A stretch of DNA of 51,732 bases, from positions 1 through 51,732 of the forward strand of contig JAHBMJ010000272.1 of assembly GCA_018398765.1 (NCBI GenBank). The letters run 5' to 3'. Of this stretch, positions 16,784 to 29,990 are shown in pieces (within the stretch, counting starts at the first letter, position 1; each line of letters begins with the position of its first letter). A program made the position numbers and the translations under genes. Under the pieces are notes generated by a model, which saw only the letters and a list, made by a program, of their open reading frames with translations, had not been told where the DNA came from and did no database searches. Source of the stretch: Chromera velia. Its lineage: Eukaryota.

Positions 16784-17620
16784 AAGAGAGAGATAAATCC
16801 TAGAGAACAACAAAAAATGAAGCGGAACGATTTATAAGGGTGAACGGAAAATTCGTCGGAAATGTTACTCTTGAAAGTGCCAGTGAAGTTTTAGCCCTAT
16901 ACTTTTAGCCTTCAAAGTTTACAAGCCTTTTGAAGGAAAAAAAGTAACAGTACCTCTTAAAATTATATTATCGCACCCCTTAAAATTACATCATCGCAGT
17001 GATTGGCAGTGATTGCTTAGTTTGGACCACAATTGATTACACAGTACAGTTAGCTAGGAGTAATAAAAGTAGGATGGTTAATTATTAGGCGACCACTAGG
17101 CCGCCCGGTTATTAATTTTGTGGTTATGGTAGTAGTGTTCCAATGGCAGAGTAATAGATAAAAACAGGCAGATTTAGCCATATTCTGAGTGAAACTTAAC
17201 CTATAAAACCAGTTTTAGACTAGTAAAAATCATATTTTGGGCATTCATTAAAAGTTTATTCTAATAAAACTCAATGTTCATCATTTTATGACGAAACTCT
17301 AACTAATATATCATTATGTATAACATATATTATTTGAGTACGATCATTTCAGGACTTTAAACTGCTAATGAGTTAAGTCGTCAGGCTTTAAAATAGGTCT
17401 AGCACTTGTTAAATTTTTACCAGAGTTTTTTTTTAAACTACCATGGTAGTGGGACACGCTTTCAAGTCCGCTGGTTACCATCTCATGGTTACCAAACTGA
17501 CGATAAGTTGTCGATAACTCGCTACTGGCTAAAAAGGCCGGGCCGGTAGTAACTCCTAACTGTACTGTGTACAATTGATGAAGATCATAGTGGGATTAAG
17601 TCTAGCTGGTCGCCTATGGA
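16250..17620. other. AT/TpA-rich intergenic island 2 with composite microsatellite (16586-16795)
   Basis: Compositional shift between the stop codons at 15825 (+) and 17625 (-). Confidence 0.8.
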
Positions 17621-17624
17621 GGGC

Positions 17625-19648
17625 TCATGGCTGGCTAGGTTCATGGACTACCGGCGGTTCTCTTGTCACTTGAAGGATTTCCCTCACGTTGGATTTTGTG
17701 TCCTCGAACGATCTCCACACCTGCGCGTCCAGAGTCCCCCCTCCTGAACGCCTATCCCGGACATACCGCAGAAATGACGACGTTCCTCCGCCCACCCCAA
17801 AATAAAACTTCTTTGAGGCAAGCAGAGCCTGGCCCTTCGGACCCAAACAACAGTCGAGCACAGCATACACGGCCTCAAAGTCTTCCTCCCTATACAAACT
17901 CTCCGAGCTAACTACCAGACTGAATGCCCCTGCAAGACCTGAACTCTCGAGCAACACCGGAAGATCACCCCACGTCCCACACACCAGAGAGACCCTCTCA
18001 TCATCTATACCTCCAACGTCCTCTTCTAAGTTCAGAGAGATGTTGGCTGACGTCACTGTCTCCAGCACTTCTTGATTCAAATCCTGAAAACAAACACTCG
18101 CACCATGCCGAAGACACCACACTCCCAGCACACCCTGTCCACACCCTGCGAACACAAACAGACACCACATAATGAAGTATGGACAGGGGCTCTGAGTAGA
18201 CCCTCTATCACTAAACGGGAAAGAAGCGATTCACACTCCAATGGGAACACAACTTTCTCTTCACCATGCAGACACCCGCACGACCACACATCTTCACACA
18301 ACTCACAAAATGCAGACTCGATGGCCTGCTCAAATGTGAGTTGACAAACAAAGAATGAATCTAAAGAACAAGCCAACAGACACTCAGATTTTCTTTGGGA
18401 CATACAGAGTGAATACGGGGGGAAAGGAATTGCCAGTCTAAAAAAACACTCAACCTTCTTCTTTCCTTACGTCAATATGCGAACCAGACAAACAGAGACA
18501 CCATAAATTCAGACAAGGCCGCTCGATAACAAAACGACACCCCGGTTCAATGAGGGCATCCGATGCACCCGCGCCAAGTGACGCACGCAGCTTCTTATAC
18601 GGAGAGAGGCGATTCCCCCCCNNNNNNNNNNNNNNNNNNNNNNNNNNNNNNNCCGCCCTCACACACCCATATCAAGAACGCGCGCTCCCTTCAATTCCTC
18701 AGGGGCCGATGCGCTTTTCGTCCACAGGGCTCCCATCAGATCTCGTCTGCAATTGACAGGTACACACACATGAATACATGCACACATGCACTCAAACACA
18801 CACAAACATATTCAGACAACCCATCAGTACGCAGAAACATGCTCAAGCAGAAAACATACCGAAACCCATCGACGCACGACCGAAGAAGACACACTCACAC
18901 TCGACCGCACGCTCACATTTACCAACACATAGACGCCTGTATGCCCTTGCGCGCATCATGGAACAAACGTGCACCCACACGTGCATGCACAACCGAAGAG
19001 ATAGAGACAGAAGGAGGCGCAGAGAGATGCGACAGAGATATCGACGAGATCTTCAAGAGAGAGGAGCACAGAGAAACGGAAACAACTCAAAAGGAGAAAA
19101 CAAATCAAACAAGAGGTCCGAGAGGCAAAGGGAAATACAAGAGAAAGACCGACGTGCATTCCCAGATCTTCAGCCCGCCCTCATAAGATCCTTTTGTCAC
19201 CTGCATGCATAAACGGCGCAGTACATACAAACAACCAAGCGAAAAAGCAAGCCAAAAGCCAGAACACGGGGAACCCTGCCAGATCAGTAAAGCAGATAGA
19301 ATCACACAAGACAAGGCAAAGAAGCACGCACACCCGTATCCTCACTCGCGAACACCCAAGGATCTTGCTTGCCCGCGTCTCCAGCCGTCTACCTCCAATG
19401 TGGTTTATCCCTGGTTGAAAGTCTCCGCAGAGAGAGGCCTTCTCTATTCTCATTCACTCAGACTTGTTTACTCTTCCAACTACTCTCATCCCTTTGCGTG
19501 CGTCACTGACCTCGGCCTCCCTCTGGTTGGAGGTCAGAGCCGCCAATCTCATTGTGATGTCCTCTTGGTGCTCCGTCCTTCCCACCACCACATTCTGCGA
19601 GGCAATGTCCTCTGCTTTGCCCTTCTTGAACTGCAGAAACTTCGCCAT
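17625..19648 (-). CDS. METTL18: Histidine protein methyltransferase 1 homolog (METTL18/Hpm1 family)
   Basis: Exons 19648-19511, 19200-19154, 18746-18667 and 18145-17625. Motifs YEGGLKIWECT, RVLDMGCGQG, FQDLN, SESLY, ASKKFYFGVGGG and NVREIL. Confidence 0.93.
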
Positions 19649-20405
19649 CCAGATGCACAAGCTTATGAGGGAGTCGCAGTGCTGGTGTGGAGCTGTTCGG
19701 GTTGCGAGAAAGTCTCCCTTAGCACTGGTTGAAGTTCTGCTTCACTCACGTCAGAAGGAGACGGCAGGAGACGGGTAGGTGTATTGCTCTCTGAACTTAG
19801 TGAGGAAACCAGAATATGACAGAGGAACGAGAAAGGGTGGCTACGTGCTCTATATCCATCCATGATTATGATTTGCACAGCGTCATGCTTGAAGAGTTTG
19901 AAATGGAGAGACGAGGCAGACGACTACTCATATATATGGACTGCAGACATGCAGAGACTGCATGCCCGAGCAGCGGCGGAGTTGCGCGCGGCGGCGAATC
20001 ATTTCAATGCGGCGGCGCGTATCTTTCGATAGACGCGCAGCTACCATGTTCGACCGTCTGAGAATGTCTGAGATCAATGATTGAGAGCCCCGAGCTCTCG
20101 GCTGCTGTGGCAGGGCTTGCAGACTACATAGCGTTGACGCGTCAGTACAACCAGCCATATGCTGCTTACAACTCCGAGATTTGAGTCGCTGTCCGATCAA
20201 GATTCCGACATAGGGTGAAGGGGTGCGTCAGACTGAGTTGCTGTCTCCTTTTGGCGTCTCTCAAGGCATCGTGCTCCTCTTCCCCTCTCCACAGCAGCAG
20301 CCCTCTCTACATTTTCATCCCCTGTGTTCACTTTCCTTGTGCGAGAGTCGAGCAGCGTCGTGAAGAAGAGAGGAGCCTCGGAGGAGGAAAGAAAGACCTC
20401 TCAGT

Positions 20406-22094
20406 ATGCTCTTCCGCTCTCTTCCGTCTCTTTGCGGAAACCTGCTGAAGGCTCACGGACAGTCCCTCCAGAAAGTGGTTACCCCAAGCCTCGGGTCTCT
20501 GGTGGACATTCCGAGCTATCTGAGATCTGCTGTCCCTCTGAGCAGCACCAGCAAACACGTCACCAGGTACGTCTATGAGCTCTCATCAGAAGCTCTCGCT
20601 TCTCATGGAGAAGTGCCTGTGAATGGTAGTGCTATCGGTGATACGCGTATGAACCTGTGTGTGCAGGTATGACCATGAGCTCTCTGACATCATGCACAAG
20701 AACAAAGAATGGGTATCTGCATCCCCCCCTGAGGTGTTTGAGCAAATGGAGAGAACGCAGAATCCCGAAATCTTCTACATAGGGTGCTGCGATGCGAGGG
20801 TGCCTGCGAATGTGATTATGGGTCTGGGGGCAAATGAGGTTTTTGTGCATCGGAACGTCGCGAATTTGGTGGTGGCGACTGACGTGAATCTGTTGAGTGC
20901 GGTTCAGTTCGCTGTGAACAATTTGGACATCAAGCACATCATGTTGACGGGACACTATGACTGTGGGGGTGTGCGTGCGTCAATGAAGAACCAGGGTACA
21001 GACAGCGACTTATTGGACTCCTGGCTGAGGAACCTCCGGGACGTGTACAGAATCCACAAGACAGAATTGGACGGGATTGGGGATTTGGAGGAGAGGCACC
21101 GGAGACTTGTGCAGAAGAATGTGGTGGAGCAGTGCCTCAATTTGTTTAAGGTCGGAATGGAGAAGGGAAGGGAGGGAGAGGGGAGCCCTGGAATTTCGTG
21201 GGTGACGCGCTCCCCTTCTTGGCTCTTCTCTGTGTCTCTCTCTGTGTGTCTGTGTCTGCGTGAGTCTGTGTGTGTGTTGTCAAGGGAGAGACAGAGAAAG
21301 GGAACAAGCCTGCTTTCTTCTCTCCCTTTCCTGTCTGCGTGCAGGTTGGTGTGGTGCAAAAGAAGCGTCTGTTCACCTACAAGCGCTTAATGAAGGTGCG
21401 GAAGGAGGGGAAGGTCCCCGAGGAAGCGGGGATCCCCAATTTTGTCTATCCCCGAATCCATGCGATGGTCTTCAACCCAGGGACAGGCCTGTTGGAAAAA
21501 TTGCATGTCGATATCAGGTCCGTCTCCCTCCCTGCATGTCATTGACAGTCGATCTGGACCCATGTCTGTCATTCTTGCTGCCTGACCTTTTGCTCCCTCT
21601 ATCTCTTTCTCCGCTTCTTTCTGCGCGGGTCTGTGTTTGTGTGTCCCTGCGTATTCGTCTGTTTCTCTCTGCGTGCGTGCGAACGTGCGGGTGGGCGGGC
21701 GTGTGTGTAAGCGTATGTGTGTGAGGGGGTGACCCCTGTCTGACGGTCTTTTTGCCTGACCCTCTTTCTATCTCCTTTTGTGCGTGTGCGCGTCCTTCTG
21801 TCGATCCGTCTGCGCTTTTCAATTCTCTGTGTTTCCCGACGGACCCCTTCGGCTCCTCGCGACTCACTCTTTGAATTCATCTGTCCTTCAGCTGACAGAC
21901 CAAAAGAGATACAGGTAGACAATTCACGGCACTCCCCACATTCCTATTCCGTGCATCCACGACTCGTTGGCGTCACTCAATTACTCAAACCTCCTCTGCC
22001 CAATTCCATCAGATCGGAGCTGGAGCGTCTCTCCTCGATCTACCAGCTCTATGAGGCAGAGGACGGCTCTGTTGTCTCTGAAAGTCGAAAGTGA
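20406..22094 (+). CDS. Beta-class carbonic anhydrase with probable mitochondrial transit peptide
   Basis: Exons 20406-20566, 20667-21150, 21345-21517 and 22013-22094. Zn ligands in GCCDARV and GHYDCGG, plus FVHRNVAN. The N-terminus is S/R/L-rich and acid-poor. Confidence 0.96.
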
Positions 22095-22825
22095 GAGGGG
22101 AGGAGAGGGGAAGGGGGACACCAGAGCAGACGACAGGCTTCGGCAGGGAAATGAAAAGAGCGATGGCTTGTGAGAGGAAATAGTAGTAGCACTTGTCTGC
22201 TCTGTATGGCATGCAGGAATGAGGAACATGCAGGGAAAAAATTACGGGCAGGAAAAAGGAAACAGAGACCGTTATGCGGTAGCAGGATTCTGCCTGTCGG
22301 TCTGTTCGTTTTCCTTGCTGACTCGTTGTTTTTCTGTCTTTCTCTCAGCCTGGCAGTGTATGAGCAGCTGTTTACTTGCTTTCTCTTCGCATTTTTGCGG
22401 CTTTGATTGGCGTTGCGGGTGTGGTTTTTCTCCGTTTTGCATGTCAGTGTGTGCGTCTGTATTGGAACTCATGTACTTGCTCCGGTGGTCTGTGAACCGT
22501 ATCGCTGTGGAAAAGAGGGGCATTGGTCGCCCGTTCTTTGGTGGTTTGTGCATCTAAAGAATGGTCGTGAAGTTTTGTTTTCTTACGGAAACCCTTGGGG
22601 GAGGGGGTGGGCAGAGAGAACACAAAGTGACATTTACAGAAGACGGCCAGGTCGATGCGAAGTCGTGGTTCCAATCTTGGATTGCCCTGCTCCTGAATTT
22701 ACTCAGTCAGTCTGTCAGTTAGTTGGTCGTTCAAGCAACTACTGAGTCTTTGGTTGAAAGCGATTCTCATCCCAGTTCAGACGCTTCACTTTGATTATTA
22801 CCTGTCGAAGAAAGGCAAACGAGGG

Positions 22826-23052
22826 AGAGACAGACAGACAGACAGGCTGACAGACAGACAGGCTGACAGACAGACAGGCAGGCAGGCAGGCAGGCAGACA
22901 GACAGACGGACGGACGGATGGACGGACAGACAGACAGACAGGCAGGCAGGCAGGCAGACAGACAGACAGACAGACAGAAAGAGAGAAAGAGAGAAAGAGA
23001 AGAAACTGAAGAAAGGAAGGAAGAAAGGAAGAAAGAAAGAAAGAAAGGAAGG

Positions 23053-23090
<38 letters not shown>

Positions 23091-23110
23091 AAGAAAGAAA
23101 GAAAAGAAGG
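22826..23110. repeat. Composite microsatellite (CAGA/CAGG/GAAA/GA)
   Basis: Direct reading. Confidence 0.95.
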
Positions 23111-23199
23111 ACGGAAGGAGCTTTGCTACTGTAACGCAGCCTGTTTTACGGGCTGCTGATATGTGGTTATTGATTGAAACGATATCGATACGATCGATA

Positions 23200-23780
23200 A
23201 CCATCCCTACCAGTTAAAGCTGCCTGGGCCCACTGGCAGGCAGTCTTTTCTCCACTTTAGACAGTATATCAACCTTGATGCTACCTCATGCTATATAGCT
23301 AGTCTTTAAAGTTGATATCAAATAAAGGGAAAAAGTATTAAATCAAGTTATTAGTTCTATAGTATTAGTTTAATGATTTTTCTCTCTGTAGGACAGACTA
23401 GAGGACACATATAGCATATATGTTACTAGGGCCATGCATATATTATTATATAAAATATTTTATATTACATTTAAAAATGAAAATGATGATTGATTGCATG
23501 ATTGATTGATTGGTTCGTTCCGTGCTAGGCCTTCCCGCTATATCAAGGTGTTGTCATTGCTAATAGTACGCGGAATATTATTTTAGTCCCTCCCTCCAGG
23601 GTTGAAACGTCTCTTAAGAACGTGTACTAAATATAATATTATGCTGTAGCCGGTAGATTCTAGAGACTCGATCCCTAGCTCGATCCGAGTTGCTAACTAC
23701 CCATATTGGTTGAATAATATATAACAATAGAATCTGGTTTCACTGCAAACATTATTTGACCGAATATTTAACGCGTTCGT
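23200..23780. other. AT/TpA-rich intergenic island 3 (convergent junction)
   Basis: Compositional shift downstream of both the carbonic anhydrase and the minus-strand pseudogene. Confidence 0.8.
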
Positions 23781-23791
23781 ACGCGAACACA

Positions 23792-23826
<35 letters not shown>

Positions 23827-23990
23827 ACACAGACCTAGACACAGACATGACACAGACCCCCACCACACACACACACACACACACACGCATAATATACATA
23901 CATCATACATGGTATGAGACCGTATTATGACTGCATAATATACAACTTTTTGTAATGCGAAGAACACAAATCTTCTAATAATGTGTCGTT

Positions 23991-26395
23991 TCAAAGTTGG
24001 TTTGCGTCCAAAAGAATGCAAACAACACCTTTCTCAAGAATCTTTACGTTTTCTTTCATTCTTTTTTCAGTCTTCCTTGCCATTTCTGTGGGAGGCGTCC
24101 ACTTATACTTCCAGCCTGTCTCATCAAGGTGCTTGGAGAGTTGCTCTCTTTCGTAATCGCTGGAGCTACGGTGGATGCCTTTCACCAGGTCCAAAAGTGA
24201 AATGAAGGTCACTTTCTTCAGACTTCCCACCTCCACCCTCCCAATTGTCAAACAGGAACATCGATGTAAGAGCCGCACAGAAATGAGGAAACCAAGCTGC
24301 CGATGAACGGCATGCGGGTTCGCAAGAGTCAAGACAATCAGTTTGGACAGAAGGTGGTCGGGCGCGCTGTACAGCCAGTTAAACTTTGTATGCATTTGTA
24401 CCAGAGGGGACGCTTGAACCCCCCCAGACTGATACGGTTAGAAGAAAACTACACCAGATCGGAAATTTCCCCCTGACTCATCGGTGGGAAATTTAAACAA
24501 AGAGTGGGGGTAACAGCCTCCCCATACACCCTTCACCATCGGAGGCGCGAAATCGAATACACCAGTCTGAGACCGGCAGTCATTCATTCACTGACTCGCC
24601 GGTCTGGGAGCCGAACAAAGACCTGACCTTCTACACATGAAAGGAGACGATATCGTACGCGTACAGATCACCGGGAAGCATCCTATCTAAGGCGGCCCAG
24701 AGACAATGCCGTCTCCGAGTCGGTCTGTCTGAATCGGGGGTGTAGAAACAAGACCAACATTCGGTTGGCTTGATGGGGGGAGGGTGCGACCATTTTCTGT
24801 CTGGACGGCACGCCAGTCACGAAGGAGTACCGGAGGCGCTCCTGCAGCTGCTGCCCGCTCATGAAGGGCAGACCTTTCCAAGGGCCTCTTTCCACGAGTA
24901 GCCGCATTCAAAAATGAGAAACTCCACCTCCCCCCACTCTTTCAAAACCACCATGGCTTCCATGTAGCTGAATCCGTCCTCACTAACCCCTGAACGGCTT
25001 TTCAGCTCAGGTCGCCAATCGGAAGGCAGTGAACGGAGATATCGAAACCCCCCCAGTTGGCAACTGCACCTGTATACCCCTATCTTGAGGTGGGCCCCTA
25101 AACCCCAACAATCCAGCTTCATCTCGACAAAATGAAAAAACGCGTCCTCGCCGAGAGTGGCAACGAAATCACGCAACAGGGCAACGGACTGTGTCTGCAG
25201 CAAACGCCGCAACACCCCTTCTAGTACGTTGTAGTGAAGACGTTCAGGATATTCTCCCTCACGAAATCTCTGAAACAGAAGAGCAGTCTCATGCAGCAGA
25301 CCCTTGACAGCCTCATGAAGGGAGCCTGCGTTTGCTTGCTCACCTGACAGTCTACCGGGGAAAGAATTCTGCCCCCACACTTTAGCAATATGGGGGAGAA
25401 TTGGCCCCAATTCCCATAAAAGCCCCTTGCAGGACTCCGAATACGGAATCGGATCTGTACATGTCCGAATCTTAGTGGCACGCTTAGACAGCTTGGAGAT
25501 GTATGCCGGCAGCATTCGTCTCGCAGCTTCTGCCCTCGGCAAGTGGAGGACAAACCAATCCCAAATCTCATTCCCAATGTGGTACGGACTATAGGAAAAA
25601 ATCAGTCGGTCAGCCTCCACACAGGCCAATAACAGTGCGTCTTCCAAAGCTCTGTTCACCTCTCTCTCTCTCCCCTCGTCTTCTTCATCACCGGTCGTCG
25701 ACAATAAACAAGGCCATGAAGCAATGTCAGACCTCCTCTGACGAGCTCCTTCACGTGGACCACCAGGCCTGCACGAAATGCGTCCACGTTACCGTCCCAC
25801 ACAAAGCCGCAAAGCTGCAGCAGGACAGGGACCCCCGGTGGGAGGAGGTCGTCCAGAGAGAGGCCGATGTAGGTCAACATCTGCCTCACCTCCTCAAGCT
25901 CCTCCATCATTCCGTGCTGTGCACAGGTCTCCACGACCTCTAGGATGGAGTTGTAGGGGCCATCAAGGTGTGCAAGGAGCAGGCACGCGGGGGGGAGGGC
26001 GCTGCCTGGGGGGCTCAAAAACTCCGCAAGAGTCTTCGTGAAAGCGTCTTGACAGCCTTGCCGAGGATCAGGACGAGAAGAGCGGCTGGAGGGATCAGGA
26101 CGGACGTCTCCTTTCCTTTCTGGCGCAGAGACTGAAGTGGGGGCTTTCCTCCCCTGCGGGGAAGGCTCTTGAGACAGACGATGACATCGTCCAGTCTCCG
26201 AGACGGCACGAACGATGCCGTCTCCTCTACGGCAGCCAGGAGACTGGTGGTCGTGTCTCCGTGCTGCTCGGCGTATGCTTTCCGAAAGTCCTTCGAGATG
26301 CGAGCACAGAAGAGGAAGTTCTTGCTCTCGAGGAAAGGAACCAGCCGGTCAGCCAGCCACGCAAAGTCGATGCTCAAATCAGTTCCTGTCTCCAT
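23991..26395 (-). pseudogene. Intronless decayed gene with an F-box-like N-terminus
   Basis: Consecutive coding-like ORF pieces in shifting frames (26395-26015, 26018-25656, 25704-24859, 24907-24683, 24395-23991), with in-frame stops between 24690 and 24400. The start (DRLVPFLESKNFLFCARISKDFRKAY...TTTS) resembles the F-box-like leader of algal/giant-virus ankyrin-type families. Confidence 0.65.
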
Positions 26396-26985
26396 TTTGG
26401 AGAAAATTGTGGAGGTCTTTGAAAAAAACACAGAAAAGGAGGAAAAGCGAAGCTCGGGGAACTACTAATGCCCGAAGAGCTCTGCAGTCTGCCTTCCTTC
26501 ATCACACCACTGTGGACGTCTACTGAATGGACCTGGTTCCTTCGAACAGCTAGCCGGGCGACACTCAGTTTTCGATCTGCAATGATTGAATTAAGAATCG
26601 GAGACGGCTTGAAAATTTAATCTTGAAAAGTCTTAAGTGCCCCCCATCCGTGCTTTCCGGGCTGTGCACTCCGTGCGAATGCACGGCATGTTGATTGAAT
26701 CACTATAGCTGCGTTGTGCGGCTTAATTATGCCAGCGCTATGCCAGAGTTTCCATCCCTGAGATTCCCTGAGCAGCTGTGAGGTGTGATACACGATACAC
26801 TGTGAAGCTTGCACATTTACGCTTGCAACAACAAAGGCCATCTCAATACACAGGTGTGCCAGGAGCTGACAGCTACGTCCGACCCTTTGCACGAACGCGC
26901 AAGGCAGCTGGGTTGCCTGCAGGATCAGACTGATTCACGTATCTCCATGTATCTTTGACATTCTTTGACAGGTCCGACTGGAATC

Positions 26986-27525
26986 ATGCTCGGTCACTAC
27001 CAAAACCTCTGCGCCCTGCTTTTCCTGCTTTGCCTTGCTGTGGCCTCCCTATCCCTTCATGGTGTCAACAAGACGATGGAATCTTCTTCAGACCCTGTCT
27101 CCTCATTGTTGAACAGAGAGACGGAGACGGAGACAGACAGATCCGTCTACGCACAAGCACAAACACACAACGAGACAGAGGATAAGTGCCTCAGGTGTCT
27201 GAACGGAGACCCCGGGAGCAACGCCTTCTGGTACGATGTCCTCAAGGCCATCCCTCCTGCTTGGAGGAAGCTGTACTACGCCCCCACAGAGGCCATTCGG
27301 AAGGAGGCCTACGCCGTGTGTCCCAACTGTATCCAGAAGTGCGAGTTGGGAAAGCCCCACGACGCGTGCCCCGACCAGCAATTCCACACCTCTAGGGGGG
27401 CCTGTCACTGCAAGATGATGCTCGGACTGTGCAGCCAGAGCGAGTACGAGAAGTGCATGGAGTTCTGCACTTGCCATGTGACCAGTGGAGCAGTTGACGG
27501 TGCGCGGGCCTGTCAAGTCTGGTGA
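26986..27525 (+). CDS. Small secreted cysteine-rich protein (179 aa), single coding exon
   Basis: Signal peptide MLGHYQNLCALLFLLCLAVASLS, an acidic pro-like region, then 13 Cys including CLRC, CPNC, CHC and CTC. Strong GC3 codon bias. Confidence 0.85.
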   Translation: MLGHYQNLCALLFLLCLAVASLSLHGVNKTMESSSDPVSSLLNRETETETDRSVYAQAQTHNETEDKCLRCLNGDPGSNAFWYDVLKAIPPAWRKLYYAPTEAIRKEAYAVCPNCIQKCELGKPHDACPDQQFHTSRGACHCKMMLGLCSQSEYEKCMEFCTCHVTSGAVDGARACQVW

Positions 27526-28019
27526 ACGTACTGTCTGGTGAATTGATCGATAGATCGAGTCAGTTCACTTGCTTGAGAGCATTGAGGGTTCTCTGAGTGT
27601 TGTCCAGGCCAATGCTTTCTGTGTCTATGCACAGAGAGCTGGCTTGTCTTTCAGTGCAGGTGCACTGACTTTGTCTTCAAGCTCCTGCAGGCGAAAGACC
27701 GGTCTGTGTTTAGATATCGATAGGAACATACAAGTCAGGATGCAGATCCAGTGCTTCAGTGCATGAGCAGGTCGAATGGGCCGATTGCCGTGTCAGTGCA
27801 TGTCTGTTTGTCTGAATGACTCAGTGACACGCCCGGCCACTCGATCAGCACGCAGGAGCGCCAAGGAGTTTCCATCCAGACAAGAAATGAAGGGAACCTG
27901 AGAAGAAGTGAGAGGACCGTTGGATTGATCCATCCCCATTGGGGGTCTTCATTGTCTTGTTGACTGCTGTGCCTCCCTCATTTGTTGACATGATCTCTTA
28001 AGAGTGTCTTTACCCCTTC

Positions 28020-28384
28020 GTCCCCCTTCGTTCCACTCTTTCATTTTTCTAGCACTTTTTTCCTTCCATCCTTCCCTCCCTCCCGTCCTTTCTTCCTTCT
28101 TTCCTTCTTTCCTTGCTTGCTTGCTTGCTTGCTTCCTTCCTTCCTTCCTTTTTTCCTTTCTTCCTTCCTTTGTCCCTTCCTTCCTTCCTTCCTTCCTTCC
28201 TTCTTCCTTTTTTCCTTTCTTCCTTCCTTCGTCCCTTCCTTCCTTCCTTCCTTCCTTCCTTCTTCCTAGCTTCCTTCCTTCCTTCCTTCCTTCCTTTCTT
28301 TCTTTCTTTCCTTCCTTCCTTCCTTCCTTCCTTCCTTCTTTCCTTCTTTCCTTCTTTCGTTCTTTCCTTCTTCTTTTTTTTTTT

Positions 28385-28420
<36 letters not shown>

Positions 28421-28610
28421 TCGTTCTTTCGTTCTTTCTTTCGTTCGTTCTTTCGTTCTTTTGTTCTTTCGTTCCTTCCTTCCTTCCTTCCTTCCTTCCC
28501 CCCTCTCTTTCATTTTTCTTTTTTTGTTCTTCGATTTCGTGCAACTCCCTTTCGTTCTTTCCTTCCTTCCTTCCTTCTTTAGTGTCTTTTCTTCTAGCTT
28601 TTCTTTCTGT
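28020..28610. repeat. ~600-bp polypyrimidine microsatellite (TTCC/TTTC/TTCG)
   Basis: Direct reading. Confidence 0.95.
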
Positions 28611-28619
28611 TTTAGTGTT

Positions 28620-29300
28620 TTTTAAATTTTTTGAAACACAATTCAACTAGGCGTATCACTAAGTGCATCACAGCAAAAAAAAAGTAAATCAGATTAGATT
28701 CAAACTTAAGTTCATTCAAAACCAGAATTGGCTTTAATTTTTTTTTTGCAACACCTGAGCAACAGTCACAACCTACAACAGTTGTGCAATACTCAAATAA
28801 CAGTTACGCAACACTTGTTACGACAGTTGTTTATCACCTAGCTAACATCGTCGGCAAAAAAAAACTGTAAGAATTGGTTTCAATTATTTTATTAGCAGTA
28901 GAAGTTATAAGAGCATGGAAACATCAGCATGGATTTAAGCCTGGATCCAATATGTGCTAGGAACAGCCTTCAAGTTATGTATGCTAGGGGACTATGCGCC
29001 GCAGCCCCCCGGGCCTTGCGTAACGGTAACCATAAAAGAAAAGAAGCTAAAAGCGATCAATTAGGTATAAAATTACTACTATAAATCCGTATGATCGTAA
29101 TATATTTTTTCCCCTTAATTTTTTCTATATTTTTCATCGAGCTTGCATGCAACCCAAAGCTGTACTTATGCTATTGCACGCAAAAGACAAAGCCAAAACT
29201 TTTGGGCCTTTACTTTTGTGTTTCCCAAGGTTTACAGAGACTGATCGAAGGACGTGTACCGGCCAGCTGTAAACAGCGATCATCAAGTCAGACGTACTAG
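28620..29300. other. AT/TpA-rich intergenic island 4 (convergent junction)
   Basis: Compositional shift. Contains degenerate short repeats such as caacagttgtgcaatact / taacagttacgcaacact. Confidence 0.75.
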
Positions 29301-29941
29301 GACGCTGATGCATCAAGAGAGAGAAATAAAAAAGAAGGGGATCAAGAGAAAATGGAAGATACGAACTGCAGTACCCAGGGGAGAAGCTCTCTTCTCCTGT
29401 TGCTCGACCATATCTTCCGTCTTCCTTTGTTTGTCTTTCACCCCCACTTGCACTCTTTTTCAGCATGCATTTTTCTTTTTTGACCCCGGCCGGTCAGAAC
29501 GTGCATGAGAGACGCACAAAACACAAAGACACAACTGGCATGCGATGGCATGCGGTGGCCGATCAAAAGTCAGACGTTTATGTGCAGCTTTTGGGAGACG
29601 GGCGGGGGGGGAGAGAGAAAAAGACAGTCCAGATGTGATTGTTCGTTCGTTTGTGCAGACATTCGGTCGACAGTCAGCTTTGCACTTTTCCTGCAGGCAG
29701 TGCCATGCATCAGCAGATTGGCCTCCATCTGACACCACGGCAAGCTAGAAGAAAAAAGGCACTCACAGGCACACACAAACTGTCCGAGGTAGGACATGTC
29801 GTGACAGAAAAGAAGAAAGACCGAGTAGAGGAAAGAGGGGACTGCCAGAGCGGTTTACTTCTTCGCCTTCCAAGCAGTCCCCTTCCCATTCACTTCGTTG
29901 CTTTCTTCTTCGCACTTCCCGAAGAGCGGGCCGCTCTTTTT

Positions 29942-29990
29942 CCACTTTTGTGCGCCACTTTTGTGCGCCACTTTTGTGCGCCACTTCGTG
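29942..29990. repeat. 13-bp tandem repeat (ccacttttgtgcg) x3.5
   Basis: Direct reading. Confidence 0.9.

Noticed and set aside
28004..28646. FLPS- and KEGR-rich ORFs (also at 9179-9442, 16456-16837 and 22754-23217)
   Set aside because: They are translations of microsatellites.
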